A program made the position numbers and the translations under genes. Of a stretch of DNA of 64,000 bases, positions 9,856 to 18,136 are shown piece after piece. The stretch is from contig JBBRNJ010000036.1 of NCBI GenBank assembly GCA_038230375.1, forward strand, positions 18,555 through 82,554, written 5' to 3'. Source of the DNA: Polyangiales bacterium (lineage in GTDB: Bacteria; Myxococcota_A; Polyangia; Polyangiales; Polyangiaceae). Below the pieces are notes generated by a model. It saw only the letters and a program-made list of their open reading frames with translations, was not told where the DNA came from and did no database searches. Numbering within the stretch: the first letter of the stretch is position 1; each line of letters begins with the position of its first letter.

Positions 9856-9951
9856 GTCGAAGTCGAAGTCAAAGTCGAGGTCGAGGTCGAGGTCGAGGTC
9901 GAGGTCGAAGTCGAAGTCGAAGTCGAGGTCCAAGTCGAAGTCGAAGTCGAA
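9856..9951. repeat. Intergenic tandem hexamer repeat (GTCGAR)16
   Basis: 16 units of GTCGAA/GTCGAG with two variants (GTCAAA, GTCCAA). Flanked by a hairpin CGCGAAG-GCAC-CTTCGCG at about 9835-9852. Confidence 0.95.
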
Positions 9952-9957
9952 GTCGCG

Positions 9958-11127
9958 TCAGCCCGTGTCTGTCGCCGCGAGCACCGCGATCGTCTCGCCG
10001 CCGTTTCGTAGCGCCACCGCGCCCAGATCCCATGCCTCGTCGCAGAAGAACGGCGTGCCGCCGAACATCGCGAACTCGGTCTTGTGTGCGGCGCTCGCGA
10101 TCTCGTCGATGGTCGCGGTCCTTGGCAACCCGACGAGCGCGCCGAGCGACGTCCATGCCGCGCGTCGCCCGTACGCGCCGCCCAGGCCCTCCGTGATCGC
10201 GCCACCGTTCGCCGCAGCCGCGAAGAGCGCGCCCCACACCACATCCGCCGTCACCGCGGACAGCGAGAACGCTTCGCCTTGCACCGACTCGACCGGGAGA
10301 CCGCGCACAAGGCTCTTTCCAAGGCCGTTTCCCACGGAAGGTGTGAGCGCATGCACCGACGCCTGCACGCGCCCGTTCAGGCCGAGCGTCCACGGGACGA
10401 CCGCCTCCTTGATGCGCGTGAGCTCCTCTTCGTTCTCCACGGCGGTGAGCGCGGGCGGTTGCGCGCCGTCAGGCGGTGGAAGCGAGTGCAGGGACGTGGG
10501 GCCGTGATCGAGCGCCTTCACGGCGGCCTCGATGGCCTCCGCACCGTACATGGGCATGTACGTGCGGGCCTCGCGCTCCTCGTGCGTGAGCGACAGCGGA
10601 AACGCCGCGAGCGGATGCTTCGCCTTCGTGAGGCGCTCGCGGAATGCGCGTGCGGCCGGCTCGTCGAGCGCGTTGCCGCGGAGGATGACGTCGTGCATCC
10701 AGCAAGTCATCACCTCCACGTGCACCGCCTGGGGCGCGGTCTCCTCCGGCTCGGCCAGCAGCTCCAGCAGCACCTCGCGCGGCTGCGCGTAGCCCAGACG
10801 CGATGCGACCCATCGCACGACGAGCTCGCGTGCGCGTCCAGGGTGGAGCTTCTCCATGCCCGGATCGGACAGGAGCTCAATCACCGCCACTGCGCTCTTC
10901 TTGCCAGGGCACAGCGCCAGCTCCTCGAGGACCAGCTCCGATGCGCTCTCGCAGCGCTGCGGCGTGGCGGTGCCGGTGGTCGCGCATCCGAGCAGCTCGT
11001 TCCAGAGCGCGACGAGCTCGCGATGGCTCTGCGTGTCGCCAAGGACGGAGACGTCGAGCGAGGCCTCCACGGAGCCGGACTCCGAGAGCAGCTGCATCGC
11101 GAGTTCGTGGATGTTCTCTAGGGGCAT
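9958..11127 (-). CDS. Hypothetical protein (resembles DUF6183 family from memory)
   Basis: Long high-GC3 ORF downstream of rdgB. Motif LFAAAANGGA...GAYGRRAAWTSLGAL...WDLG. Family assignment is tentative. Confidence 0.6.
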   Translation of the reverse strand: MPLENIHELAMQLLSESGSVEASLDVSVLGDTQSHRELVALWNELLGCATTGTATPQRCESASELVLEELALCPGKKSAVAVIELLSDPGMEKLHPGRARELVVRWVASRLGYAQPREVLLELLAEPEETAPQAVHVEVMTCWMHDVILRGNALDEPAARAFRERLTKAKHPLAAFPLSLTHEEREARTYMPMYGAEAIEAAVKALDHGPTSLHSLPPPDGAQPPALTAVENEEELTRIKEAVVPWTLGLNGRVQASVHALTPSVGNGLGKSLVRGLPVESVQGEAFSLSAVTADVVWGALFAAAANGGAITEGLGGAYGRRAAWTSLGALVGLPRTATIDEIASAAHKTEFAMFGGTPFFCDEAWDLGAVALRNGGETIAVLAATDTG

Positions 11128-11150
11128 GGGACCATTCTGGTGGGGTGGGC

Positions 11151-11816
11151 TCAGCTGAGGATCTTGGCAATGCGCTCGTTGCGAGCGGCGAGGACCTTCT
11201 CGAGTACGAGCGAGAGCTTCTGCCACGCCTTCGCGCGGTGGGAGATCAGGTTTTTTTCGGCGTCCGTGAGCTCCGCCATCGTGGGCTCGCGCCCTTCGAT
11301 GCCATGGACCACGAACATGGGGTCATAGCCGAAGCCGAACGAGCCGCGCGGCGCGCTTGTGATGCTGCCCTCGCACACGCCTTCAACGACGTGGGGCCCG
11401 TCTTCGCTGAACGGATCGACCAGGGCAAGCACGCAGCGGAAACGCGCCTTCGGCCGCTCGCCGCGCATCTCCGCGGGAGCGACACCGTCCAGCGCCGCGA
11501 TCAACGCGGCATTGTTCTCCGCGTCCGTCGCGCGCTCGTGGGCGAAGCGTGCGGACCGAACGCCGGGGGCTCCGTTGAGGATGTCCACCTCGAGGCCGGA
11601 GTCGTCCGCGAGCGTGAGGCACGTGGTGAGCTTCGCTACCTCGCGCGCCTTCTTCACTGCGTTGTCCGTGAAGGTCTTGCCGTCCTCGACGATCTCCGGG
11701 ATGCGCTTGGTGACGTCGGCGAGCGACAGCACGCAGAGGTCGGGGCTCTGCAGCATGGCGCGGAGCTCCTCCAGCTTTCCCTTGTTCGTGGTGGCGACTA
11801 CGAGCGTGTGTCGCAT
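11151..11816 (-). CDS. rdgB: Non-canonical purine NTP pyrophosphatase (RdgB/HAM1)
   Basis: ATTNKGKLEE, EDGKTFTDNA, ADDSGL, PGVRSAR, GFGYDP, SHRAKA. TGATG overlap with rph. Confidence 0.95.
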   Translation of the reverse strand: MRHTLVVATTNKGKLEELRAMLQSPDLCVLSLADVTKRIPEIVEDGKTFTDNAVKKAREVAKLTTCLTLADDSGLEVDILNGAPGVRSARFAHERATDAENNAALIAALDGVAPAEMRGERPKARFRCVLALVDPFSEDGPHVVEGVCEGSITSAPRGSFGFGYDPMFVVHGIEGREPTMAELTDAEKNLISHRAKAWQKLSLVLEKVLAARNERIAKILS

Positions 11817-12574
11817 CAGCCCGGCACGAGCAGGTCGTTGAGGGTGATGCCGCTCTTCGCGATCTCGCGCTCCTGCAGCGCAATCAGCTTGTCGATGCCC
11901 TTGATGCCCAGGTCGATGAGACCGTCGAACACCTTGCGCGGAACGGGGGCGTCCTCCGCGGTGCCTTGCACCTCGATGATCGCGCCGGATTTCGTTGCCA
12001 CCAGGTTGAGGTCGACCTCCGCCTTGGAGTCTTCCTTGTAACAGAGGTCCAGCATGGACTCGCCGCCGACCTGACCGGCGCTCACCGCGGCCACGGGTTC
12101 GCGCAAGCATGGCGTGGTCAGGATGCCCTTCTGCCGCAGCTTCGCGAGGGCGAGCGCGAGCGCGACGAAGCCCCCCGTGATCGATGCGGTGCGCGTGCCG
12201 CCGTCGGCCTCGAGCACGTCGCAGTCGATGCTGATCTGTCGCTCGCCCAGCTTGTCCAGATGGACCGCGGCGCGCAGCGAACGGCCGATGAGCCGCTGGA
12301 TCTCCTGCGTGCGCCCGCTCGGCGCCTTGCCGCGTCCGTCACGCGACTCGCGCCGCTCCGGATTGCTACGCGGGTGCATCTGGTACTCGGCGGTGACCCA
12401 GCCCTTGCCCTTGCCCTCCATGAACGGGGGGACCTTCGCATCCACGGAGGCAGTGCAGAGCACGATGGTGTTGCCGGCCTTGTAGAGCACGGAGCCTTCG
12501 GACATGCGGTGGAAGCCCACCTGCATCTCCACGGGTCTCAGGGCGTCGAGCGTGCGGTCGTCATGTCGAGGCAT
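11816..12574 (-). CDS. rph: Ribonuclease PH
   Basis: GWVTAEY, GRTQEIQRLIGRSLR, DCDVLEADGGTRTASITG, LDLCYKEDS, IEVQGTAE. Confidence 0.97.
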   Translation of the reverse strand: MPRHDDRTLDALRPVEMQVGFHRMSEGSVLYKAGNTIVLCTASVDAKVPPFMEGKGKGWVTAEYQMHPRSNPERRESRDGRGKAPSGRTQEIQRLIGRSLRAAVHLDKLGERQISIDCDVLEADGGTRTASITGGFVALALALAKLRQKGILTTPCLREPVAAVSAGQVGGESMLDLCYKEDSKAEVDLNLVATKSGAIIEVQGTAEDAPVPRKVFDGLIDLGIKGIDKLIALQEREIAKSGITLNDLLVPG

Positions 12575-14114
12575 GGCGGCCACTATAACCCTTCGAGCGC
12601 AAGGGGGCGATGGGCAGCGCGATCGTGAAGGTCGTTCCGCCTCCGTCACGCGCCGTGCACGCGAGCGAGCCTCCGTGCGCCTCGACGATCTGGCGGGTGA
12701 TGGCCAGGCCCAGGCCCGTGCCTTCGCCCTTCGTGGAGAAGAACGGGTCGAAGATCTTCGCGCGGACCGCGTCCGGGATCCCGGTGCCGCGATCCTTGAC
12801 GGATACGAGCACGCTCATTCCTTCCGCGCCCACCGTGAGCTCGATCGCGCCGCCGTCGGGCATGGCCTCGCGCGCGTTGCGGAGCAAGTTCAGCAGCGCC
12901 TGTCGGAGTTGAGCCTCGTCGAAGAGCGCGGACGGCAGCTCTCCCTTCTCGAGCTCCACGGTAAGCGTGCAGTGTGCACGTTCTGCCTCCGGCCGCGCGA
13001 AGTCGGCCACGTCGGTCACGAGCTCTGCCAGGTTCTCGGCCTCCATGCGAGGCGAGGGGAGGCGCGCGACGCGCAGGTACTCCTCCGACAGCTGCTCCAG
13101 TCGCGACACCTCGCGCGTGATCGAGCTCAGCAAATTCTTCGATTCGCCACGCACGCCTGCCGTTGCGAGCTCTTCGTCCAGCAGCTCGATGTTGAGGCCG
13201 ATCGACGACAGCGGGTTCCTGATCTCGTGCGTGACGTGCGCCGCCATCTTGCCGATCGCCGCGAGGCGCTCGTTCGCGACCGCGCGCGACTGCGCCTTGC
13301 CCACTGCGAAGACCATCTTCTCGAAGGCCTGCGACAGCTCCGCGATCTCGTCGCCGGTCTCGAGCGCGGGCTTTGGCTCCAGGTCGCCGCGGGCCACGTC
13401 CTTCGCACGATCCGTCACCTTCTGCAGCGGCGACAGCACGCGCCGCGCATAGATCGACATCAGGATGCCGACCACGAACGTGAGCAAACCCAGCCCCGCG
13501 AGCTGATAGATCGCGCGCCGCTCACGCTCCTTCGCCGCCGCGCCGAACTGATCCATCGCCTGCGCCAGATGCTCGGACAAGATCCGCAGGCGCTTGTCGC
13601 ACTCGTGCTCCACCGCGCCGAGCGTGAGGATCGCGCGGTTGATCGCGTCCTTGTCGCCGCTGTCCAGCGCGGTGAGCAGCTTCTCCAGCGGCTCGCGCTC
13701 TTCACCGAGCAAAGCCTCCGCAGCGTCCAGCTCGCCAGTGAGGAGCAGCGAGCGCTCGCGCGTCTCGTCGCTGCCGAGCTCGTAGAGATCGTGCGAGAGC
13801 GCCTGCCGCGTCTCGGTGAGCTTCGCGCGGCGCACCTTCACGAGCGTCTCGAGCAAGAGCCGCGTGGATGGATTGCGTTCGTCCGGTGCGCCGTCCACCA
13901 GCGTTGCCAGCGTGGTCACCACCGCGCGCAGCTGGCCCAGCTTGAGCGCGACCGGCACGTAGCCGCGCACCAGCTCCTCGCTGTCTTTTGCCGCCTTCTG
14001 CTGCGACACGACGCTCACGCCCACGGTCACCGCGAACGCCAGCAGGGTCACGGCAAACGACGCGAGCACGCGGCCCGCGATGGTGCTGCGCTTCTGCGGT
14101 GCCCCGGTCTCCAC
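12561..14114 (-). CDS. Membrane HAMP-domain sensor histidine kinase
   Basis: Two TM helices around a helical periplasmic domain, HAMP (DEIAELSQAF), HEIRNPL, NLLRNA, DRGTGI, GTGLGL. Confidence 0.92.
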   Translation of the reverse strand: METGAPQKRSTIAGRVLASFAVTLLAFAVTVGVSVVSQQKAAKDSEELVRGYVPVALKLGQLRAVVTTLATLVDGAPDERNPSTRLLLETLVKVRRAKLTETRQALSHDLYELGSDETRERSLLLTGELDAAEALLGEEREPLEKLLTALDSGDKDAINRAILTLGAVEHECDKRLRILSEHLAQAMDQFGAAAKERERRAIYQLAGLGLLTFVVGILMSIYARRVLSPLQKVTDRAKDVARGDLEPKPALETGDEIAELSQAFEKMVFAVGKAQSRAVANERLAAIGKMAAHVTHEIRNPLSSIGLNIELLDEELATAGVRGESKNLLSSITREVSRLEQLSEEYLRVARLPSPRMEAENLAELVTDVADFARPEAERAHCTLTVELEKGELPSALFDEAQLRQALLNLLRNAREAMPDGGAIELTVGAEGMSVLVSVKDRGTGIPDAVRAKIFDPFFSTKGEGTGLGLAITRQIVEAHGGSLACTARDGGGTTFTIALPIAPLRSKGYSGRHAST

Positions 14115-14117
14115 GCC

Positions 14118-15263
14118 TCAACCCGCCGGCGACGCCGCGTGCTGGGATTTGCCCAGGCCGCGCGCGATGAGCGTCGCGAGATCTTCCGCGCGCGCACCGG
14201 CCTTGCGGAACGAGCGGAGGCTCTGCGCGCACGCGGTGACCAGGAGCTGGCCTTCGGCCTCGTGCGCGCGGCCCTTCGCGATCTCCTGCGAGACCTCCGG
14301 CATGGTGACAGGCAAGAGCCCACCGCCGCCCGAGCACGCGGTGTGCTCGCGGTTCTTGTGCATCTCGCGCGGGGGCGCACCGTAGAGACGCGTCAGGATC
14401 GCGCGCGGCTCCGACGTGAGGCCCAGGCCGCGGCCCAGGTGACACGGATCATGGAACACGGGCGGCGGGAGAGGATCGCCAGCCACGTCGGGCGTGAGTC
14501 GTGAGAGCCGGTTCACGTTCGTGGACGCGAGCTCCACGAGAGTCACGATGCGCGGCTCGAACGCAATGCCGTGCGCAGCCGCGCCCTTCTTGATCGCATA
14601 CGCACAGCCTGGGTCCCCCACGACAAGGAGGCGCATCCCGCGCGTCTCCTTCGCAAGCTCCATGAGCTCCTGGCGTTGACCTTCCGCGTCGCCCGCCATG
14701 GCGAGCGCTCCGCCGCAGCACGAGGACATCAACGTGGCCGGCCCCGCGAGCTCGTTTGACGCCGCGATGACGTCGTCCGCGATCTCCGGCAGTCTCCGCA
14801 GATACGTGCATCCTGCAACTATCCCGACCGCCGCCGTGTCGGGCAGTCCATGACGTGCCTTCGCCTGTGCGACGCGCTGCCCCAGCTCCGCCTTCCGCTC
14901 CGCGAAGAGCCGCGCCACACGCACTGCGGCCGCAGGCGCCTTGCCTGCCGCGAAGATCGCGGCGCGCGCCACGCCCAGCGTGTCGGCCACGGGGTTCTTG
15001 TGGTCGCACGAGTTCTTGCAAGCCTCGCAGCCCGTGCAAGCCCACGCGAGGTTCGTGAAGGAAGGATCGGGTTGCACGTGCTCATCGGCAACGAAGTACA
15101 TCGCCGACATCTTCCCCCAAGGCGTCAACGATTCGCGAGGCTCCGCGTTGGAGACGGGGCACTCGCTGCGACAGAGCTTCGGGCAATACACGCAGAGCGA
15201 GAGCTCGCGTGCGCGCTCGCCCAGGAGCGGGAGCCCCTTGAAACTCGGGGTCCTGGGCTTCAT
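14118..15263 (-). CDS. (Fe-S)-binding protein with CCG domains (GlpC/HdrD-like)
   Basis: CVYCPKLCRSECP, CTGCEACKNSC, SCCGG, FHDPCHLGR, CSGGGG. Confidence 0.85.
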   Translation of the reverse strand: MKPRTPSFKGLPLLGERARELSLCVYCPKLCRSECPVSNAEPRESLTPWGKMSAMYFVADEHVQPDPSFTNLAWACTGCEACKNSCDHKNPVADTLGVARAAIFAAGKAPAAAVRVARLFAERKAELGQRVAQAKARHGLPDTAAVGIVAGCTYLRRLPEIADDVIAASNELAGPATLMSSCCGGALAMAGDAEGQRQELMELAKETRGMRLLVVGDPGCAYAIKKGAAAHGIAFEPRIVTLVELASTNVNRLSRLTPDVAGDPLPPPVFHDPCHLGRGLGLTSEPRAILTRLYGAPPREMHKNREHTACSGGGGLLPVTMPEVSQEIAKGRAHEAEGQLLVTACAQSLRSFRKAGARAEDLATLIARGLGKSQHAASPAG

Positions 15264-15291
15264 TTTTCGCCTTGCTCGAGCGCGAGCTCTC

Positions 15292-16200
15292 TCACCGGTA
15301 GGTGAAGCGCAGATCGTGATCGCAGATGCGGAAGATGTCGCCCTCGGCGATCTGCTTCCGCGCGATGCGCTGCCCGTTGTACTCGACGCCGTTCGTGGAG
15401 CCCATGTCGACCATGAAGTAGACGCCGTTCTGGTACTCGATCATCGCGTGCTGACGCGACACGTTCGGGTCCTTCAGCGTGAGGTCGGACGATTGCTTGC
15501 CGCGGCCGATGACGAAGCGGTCCTTCGTGACCGGGCATTTCTCGCCCTGGTAGATGACAGTCAGCGTGTTGCCCTGCTGCTGCTGCTGGCCGTAGCCACC
15601 ACCATTCATTCCCGGTCCGGCGGGCGGCATGGAGCCACGTTGCGGAGGAATGGGTGGGGGCGCGCTCCGCGGCGGTGCCGACGGAGACCCGCGATTCATC
15701 ATCGGGCCGCCAGTATTGGGGCGCATGTTGCCGATGGGCGTGGGTCCGCCCATCTGACCGCCCGCAGGTCCGCGAGGAGGCGGAGGCGGGAGCTGACTGG
15801 GGCGCGCAGGCGGCGGTGGAAGGCCACCGGTCGTACGAGGGGGCGGTCCGAGTCCACCACCGCGCGGCCGCTCGATCGGAGGCGGAGGCGCGCTGCCGTA
15901 TCCAGACCCGCCACGCACGGGCGGGCCGGGGCGAGAGGCGCCACCAACGTCCCGCTCGCGATCATTGGAGCTTCCACGGTCGCGCGTGTCGGCGCGTTCG
16001 CGTGTCTCTCCACGATCACCTCGGCCGGCGGGCTCACGGTCCGCACCGCCATTGCGCTGGCGGGCGTACTGCTTCATGGCTTCGTTGATGAGATAGTCCA
16101 CGCTGCATTCGAGCTCGCGCGCCATCTGCTCGAACGTCTCCCAGAGCATGTCCCTGCACTGGAAGTTTCGAGCGCTCTTCTTGTTCGGATCCGAGCTCAT
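15292..16200 (-). CDS. FHA-domain protein with N-terminal ribbon-helix-helix-like segment and Pro/Gly-rich linker
   Basis: C-terminal FHA (IGR, VSRQHA, GSTNG). N-terminal strand-helix-helix pattern (RNFQCRDMLWETFEQMARELECSVDYLINEAMKQY). Confidence 0.88.
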   Translation of the reverse strand: MSSDPNKKSARNFQCRDMLWETFEQMARELECSVDYLINEAMKQYARQRNGGADREPAGRGDRGETRERADTRDRGSSNDRERDVGGASRPGPPVRGGSGYGSAPPPPIERPRGGGLGPPPRTTGGLPPPPARPSQLPPPPPRGPAGGQMGGPTPIGNMRPNTGGPMMNRGSPSAPPRSAPPPIPPQRGSMPPAGPGMNGGGYGQQQQQGNTLTVIYQGEKCPVTKDRFVIGRGKQSSDLTLKDPNVSRQHAMIEYQNGVYFMVDMGSTNGVEYNGQRIARKQIAEGDIFRICDHDLRFTYR

Positions 16201-16371
16201 CTCACGAGTCCTTGACCGTCTGTTTGAGGCTACCGCCGGAACAGTAAAATATACACACGTTTTTCCGGGGAGGAGCCACGAAAGCCGATGATCGCGCGTT
16301 CAGGCGGAAGGGGCCAAGTTCACGCGGTCGCTTGGCGGCTTCGAGCGCGCGACGAATCCGCTGCTGGCAGG

Positions 16372-17988
16372 CTAGTTTGTCATCGTGGGTAGCACGCAGA
16401 GCTTCACGAGCTCGCCGATCGTCGCGATCTCCTTCGTCTCTGTCTCCTTCGTGCCTGCCTTCGGGACCTCGCACTGCCACTGGCAGTCGTCCTCTTTCTC
16501 GCACTTGGGAAGGGGCGACTTGTCATCCGCGAAGCCCGCGATGTTGCTCTGATCGGCCTTCTTGCCGTTGTAGAAGAAGCCAATCGCCGTGAGGCGCGGG
16601 CCAATGTCCTGGCTGTTCAGATAAGGACGGATGGCGTCGATCGGCTTGGGCTGTCCCGCGGGCGGCTCCATCTTGGCGATGTCTCCACCCCAGGAGAGCG
16701 CCTCGGTCATGCCCATCTTCACCGTCGGGCGTGTCGGGAGGTGACGCATGAACTCCGGCACCTCCTTGGTGCCGCTGGTCTTCAGGACAACGTCGCCGGC
16801 GACCCAGCGAATCTTCCATTTCTTGGGCTCGAACAGCGTGTAGAGCTTCGGGACGATCTGCTCCTTCGGGAACTCCTGGAGGCGCTGGAACGCGACGTCC
16901 TTGATGGAGTCGGCGACGCTCTCGTCCTTGCAGATGTCGAAGACGCGCTGGAGATCGTTCGGGTTGGTCTTGTCCAGACGGCCCTCGAGCGCGGCGAGCG
17001 CCGTCTTGCGACGGTCATCCGAGTTCTTCGCGTCGGCGGCGAATCCGAGCAAATAGTCGACGATCGCGCGACCTCCCACCTTCTTCATGGCGGGGAAGAT
17101 CTCCTCGTTCAGGCGGCGATCTGTGACCTGCTGGAGCTGCGTGGCGACCTGCGCGTCCGTGACGCCCTTGGCGCCTTGCGCGTTGTTGTGCTCGACGATG
17201 AGCTTCCGCTGCTTCGTCTGCCAGGGTTCGGCGTTGATGGCCTTTGCGAGCAAGACCATCGCGTCGCCTGCACGCTTCTTGGTGTCGTCGTCGCCGATGT
17301 CGGCCACGAGTGCAGCCATGCGGTCGACGCGGTATGCGTCCTCGTTGATGAAGCCCGGGAGCTTCTTCACGCTGCTCGCGCCAAGGAAGCGCATCATCTG
17401 CTCGAGACCGTACTGCTGCGAGCCGTTCTCGATCCGGTTCTCGAAGTCCGCCTGGCCCCACTCGGTGAGCGCGGCAACGACGTCCGCCTTGGTCTTTTCA
17501 TCCGTGATGAGCGTGGGCTCGTGCGAGAGCATCGCGAACGCGACGTCCTTGTACGGAACCGACGGATCCGGCGGCATTCGGCCGTCTTTGTCGGGTTTCG
17601 GCGGGGCGACCTTCATCTTCTCGATGAGCGTCGGCGCCATGCCGTTCACGATCTGACGACGCGCGTCGTCGGGGAGAACGGCAAGCGCGCCTTCGCGCGG
17701 CTCGCTCTCGTCATCCTTGTACTTGTCGACGAGGAAGCTGATGCCCTTGCGCTGCCCACCGCGCGCCGGCATTTCCGCCAGGGCGATCGCTGCCTTCGTG
17801 CGCAGCGGCCAGCTGTACTTGTCGTGCGTGATGACGGCGACGAGCTTGTAGGGGCCGTGCTCCGTGCCCTCCCAGCGCGTCACGTCGGATTCGCTCACGG
17901 CGCACCCGTTCCCGAGCGCTGCGCTCGCGAATCCACACACGAATACTGCGGCGCCCATGGCGCGCCGAACCGACTTGGCTTTGACCAT
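16372..17988 (-). CDS. Alpha-helical (HEAT-like) repeat lipoprotein, unknown function
   Basis: Lipobox-like LGNGC, helical repeats (RKTALAAL, KDVAFQRL, RWVAGDVV), Cys-containing C-terminus. Start uncertain (17958-18054). Confidence 0.7.
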   Translation of the reverse strand: MVKAKSVRRAMGAAVFVCGFASAALGNGCAVSESDVTRWEGTEHGPYKLVAVITHDKYSWPLRTKAAIALAEMPARGGQRKGISFLVDKYKDDESEPREGALAVLPDDARRQIVNGMAPTLIEKMKVAPPKPDKDGRMPPDPSVPYKDVAFAMLSHEPTLITDEKTKADVVAALTEWGQADFENRIENGSQQYGLEQMMRFLGASSVKKLPGFINEDAYRVDRMAALVADIGDDDTKKRAGDAMVLLAKAINAEPWQTKQRKLIVEHNNAQGAKGVTDAQVATQLQQVTDRRLNEEIFPAMKKVGGRAIVDYLLGFAADAKNSDDRRKTALAALEGRLDKTNPNDLQRVFDICKDESVADSIKDVAFQRLQEFPKEQIVPKLYTLFEPKKWKIRWVAGDVVLKTSGTKEVPEFMRHLPTRPTVKMGMTEALSWGGDIAKMEPPAGQPKPIDAIRPYLNSQDIGPRLTAIGFFYNGKKADQSNIAGFADDKSPLPKCEKEDDCQWQCEVPKAGTKETETKEIATIGELVKLCVLPTMTN

Positions 17989-18136
17989 CACGTGCTTCGT
18001 CCCCGTTACCTTCGATAGAAACCGGCGAGCCGATGCTACGCCGAGCGCAGCCATGGACCCAAATGAAATCCGGCTGGGTGAAAGTTTGACCTACCCCTGC
18101 GATGTCGCGTACTTTTGCGTGTAGGTAAAAGTAGGT

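Noticed and set aside
9445..10011. Plus-strand ORF reading VEVEVEVE through the hexamer repeat
   Set aside because: Overlaps two better-supported minus-strand genes. It is open only because the repeat has no stop codons.
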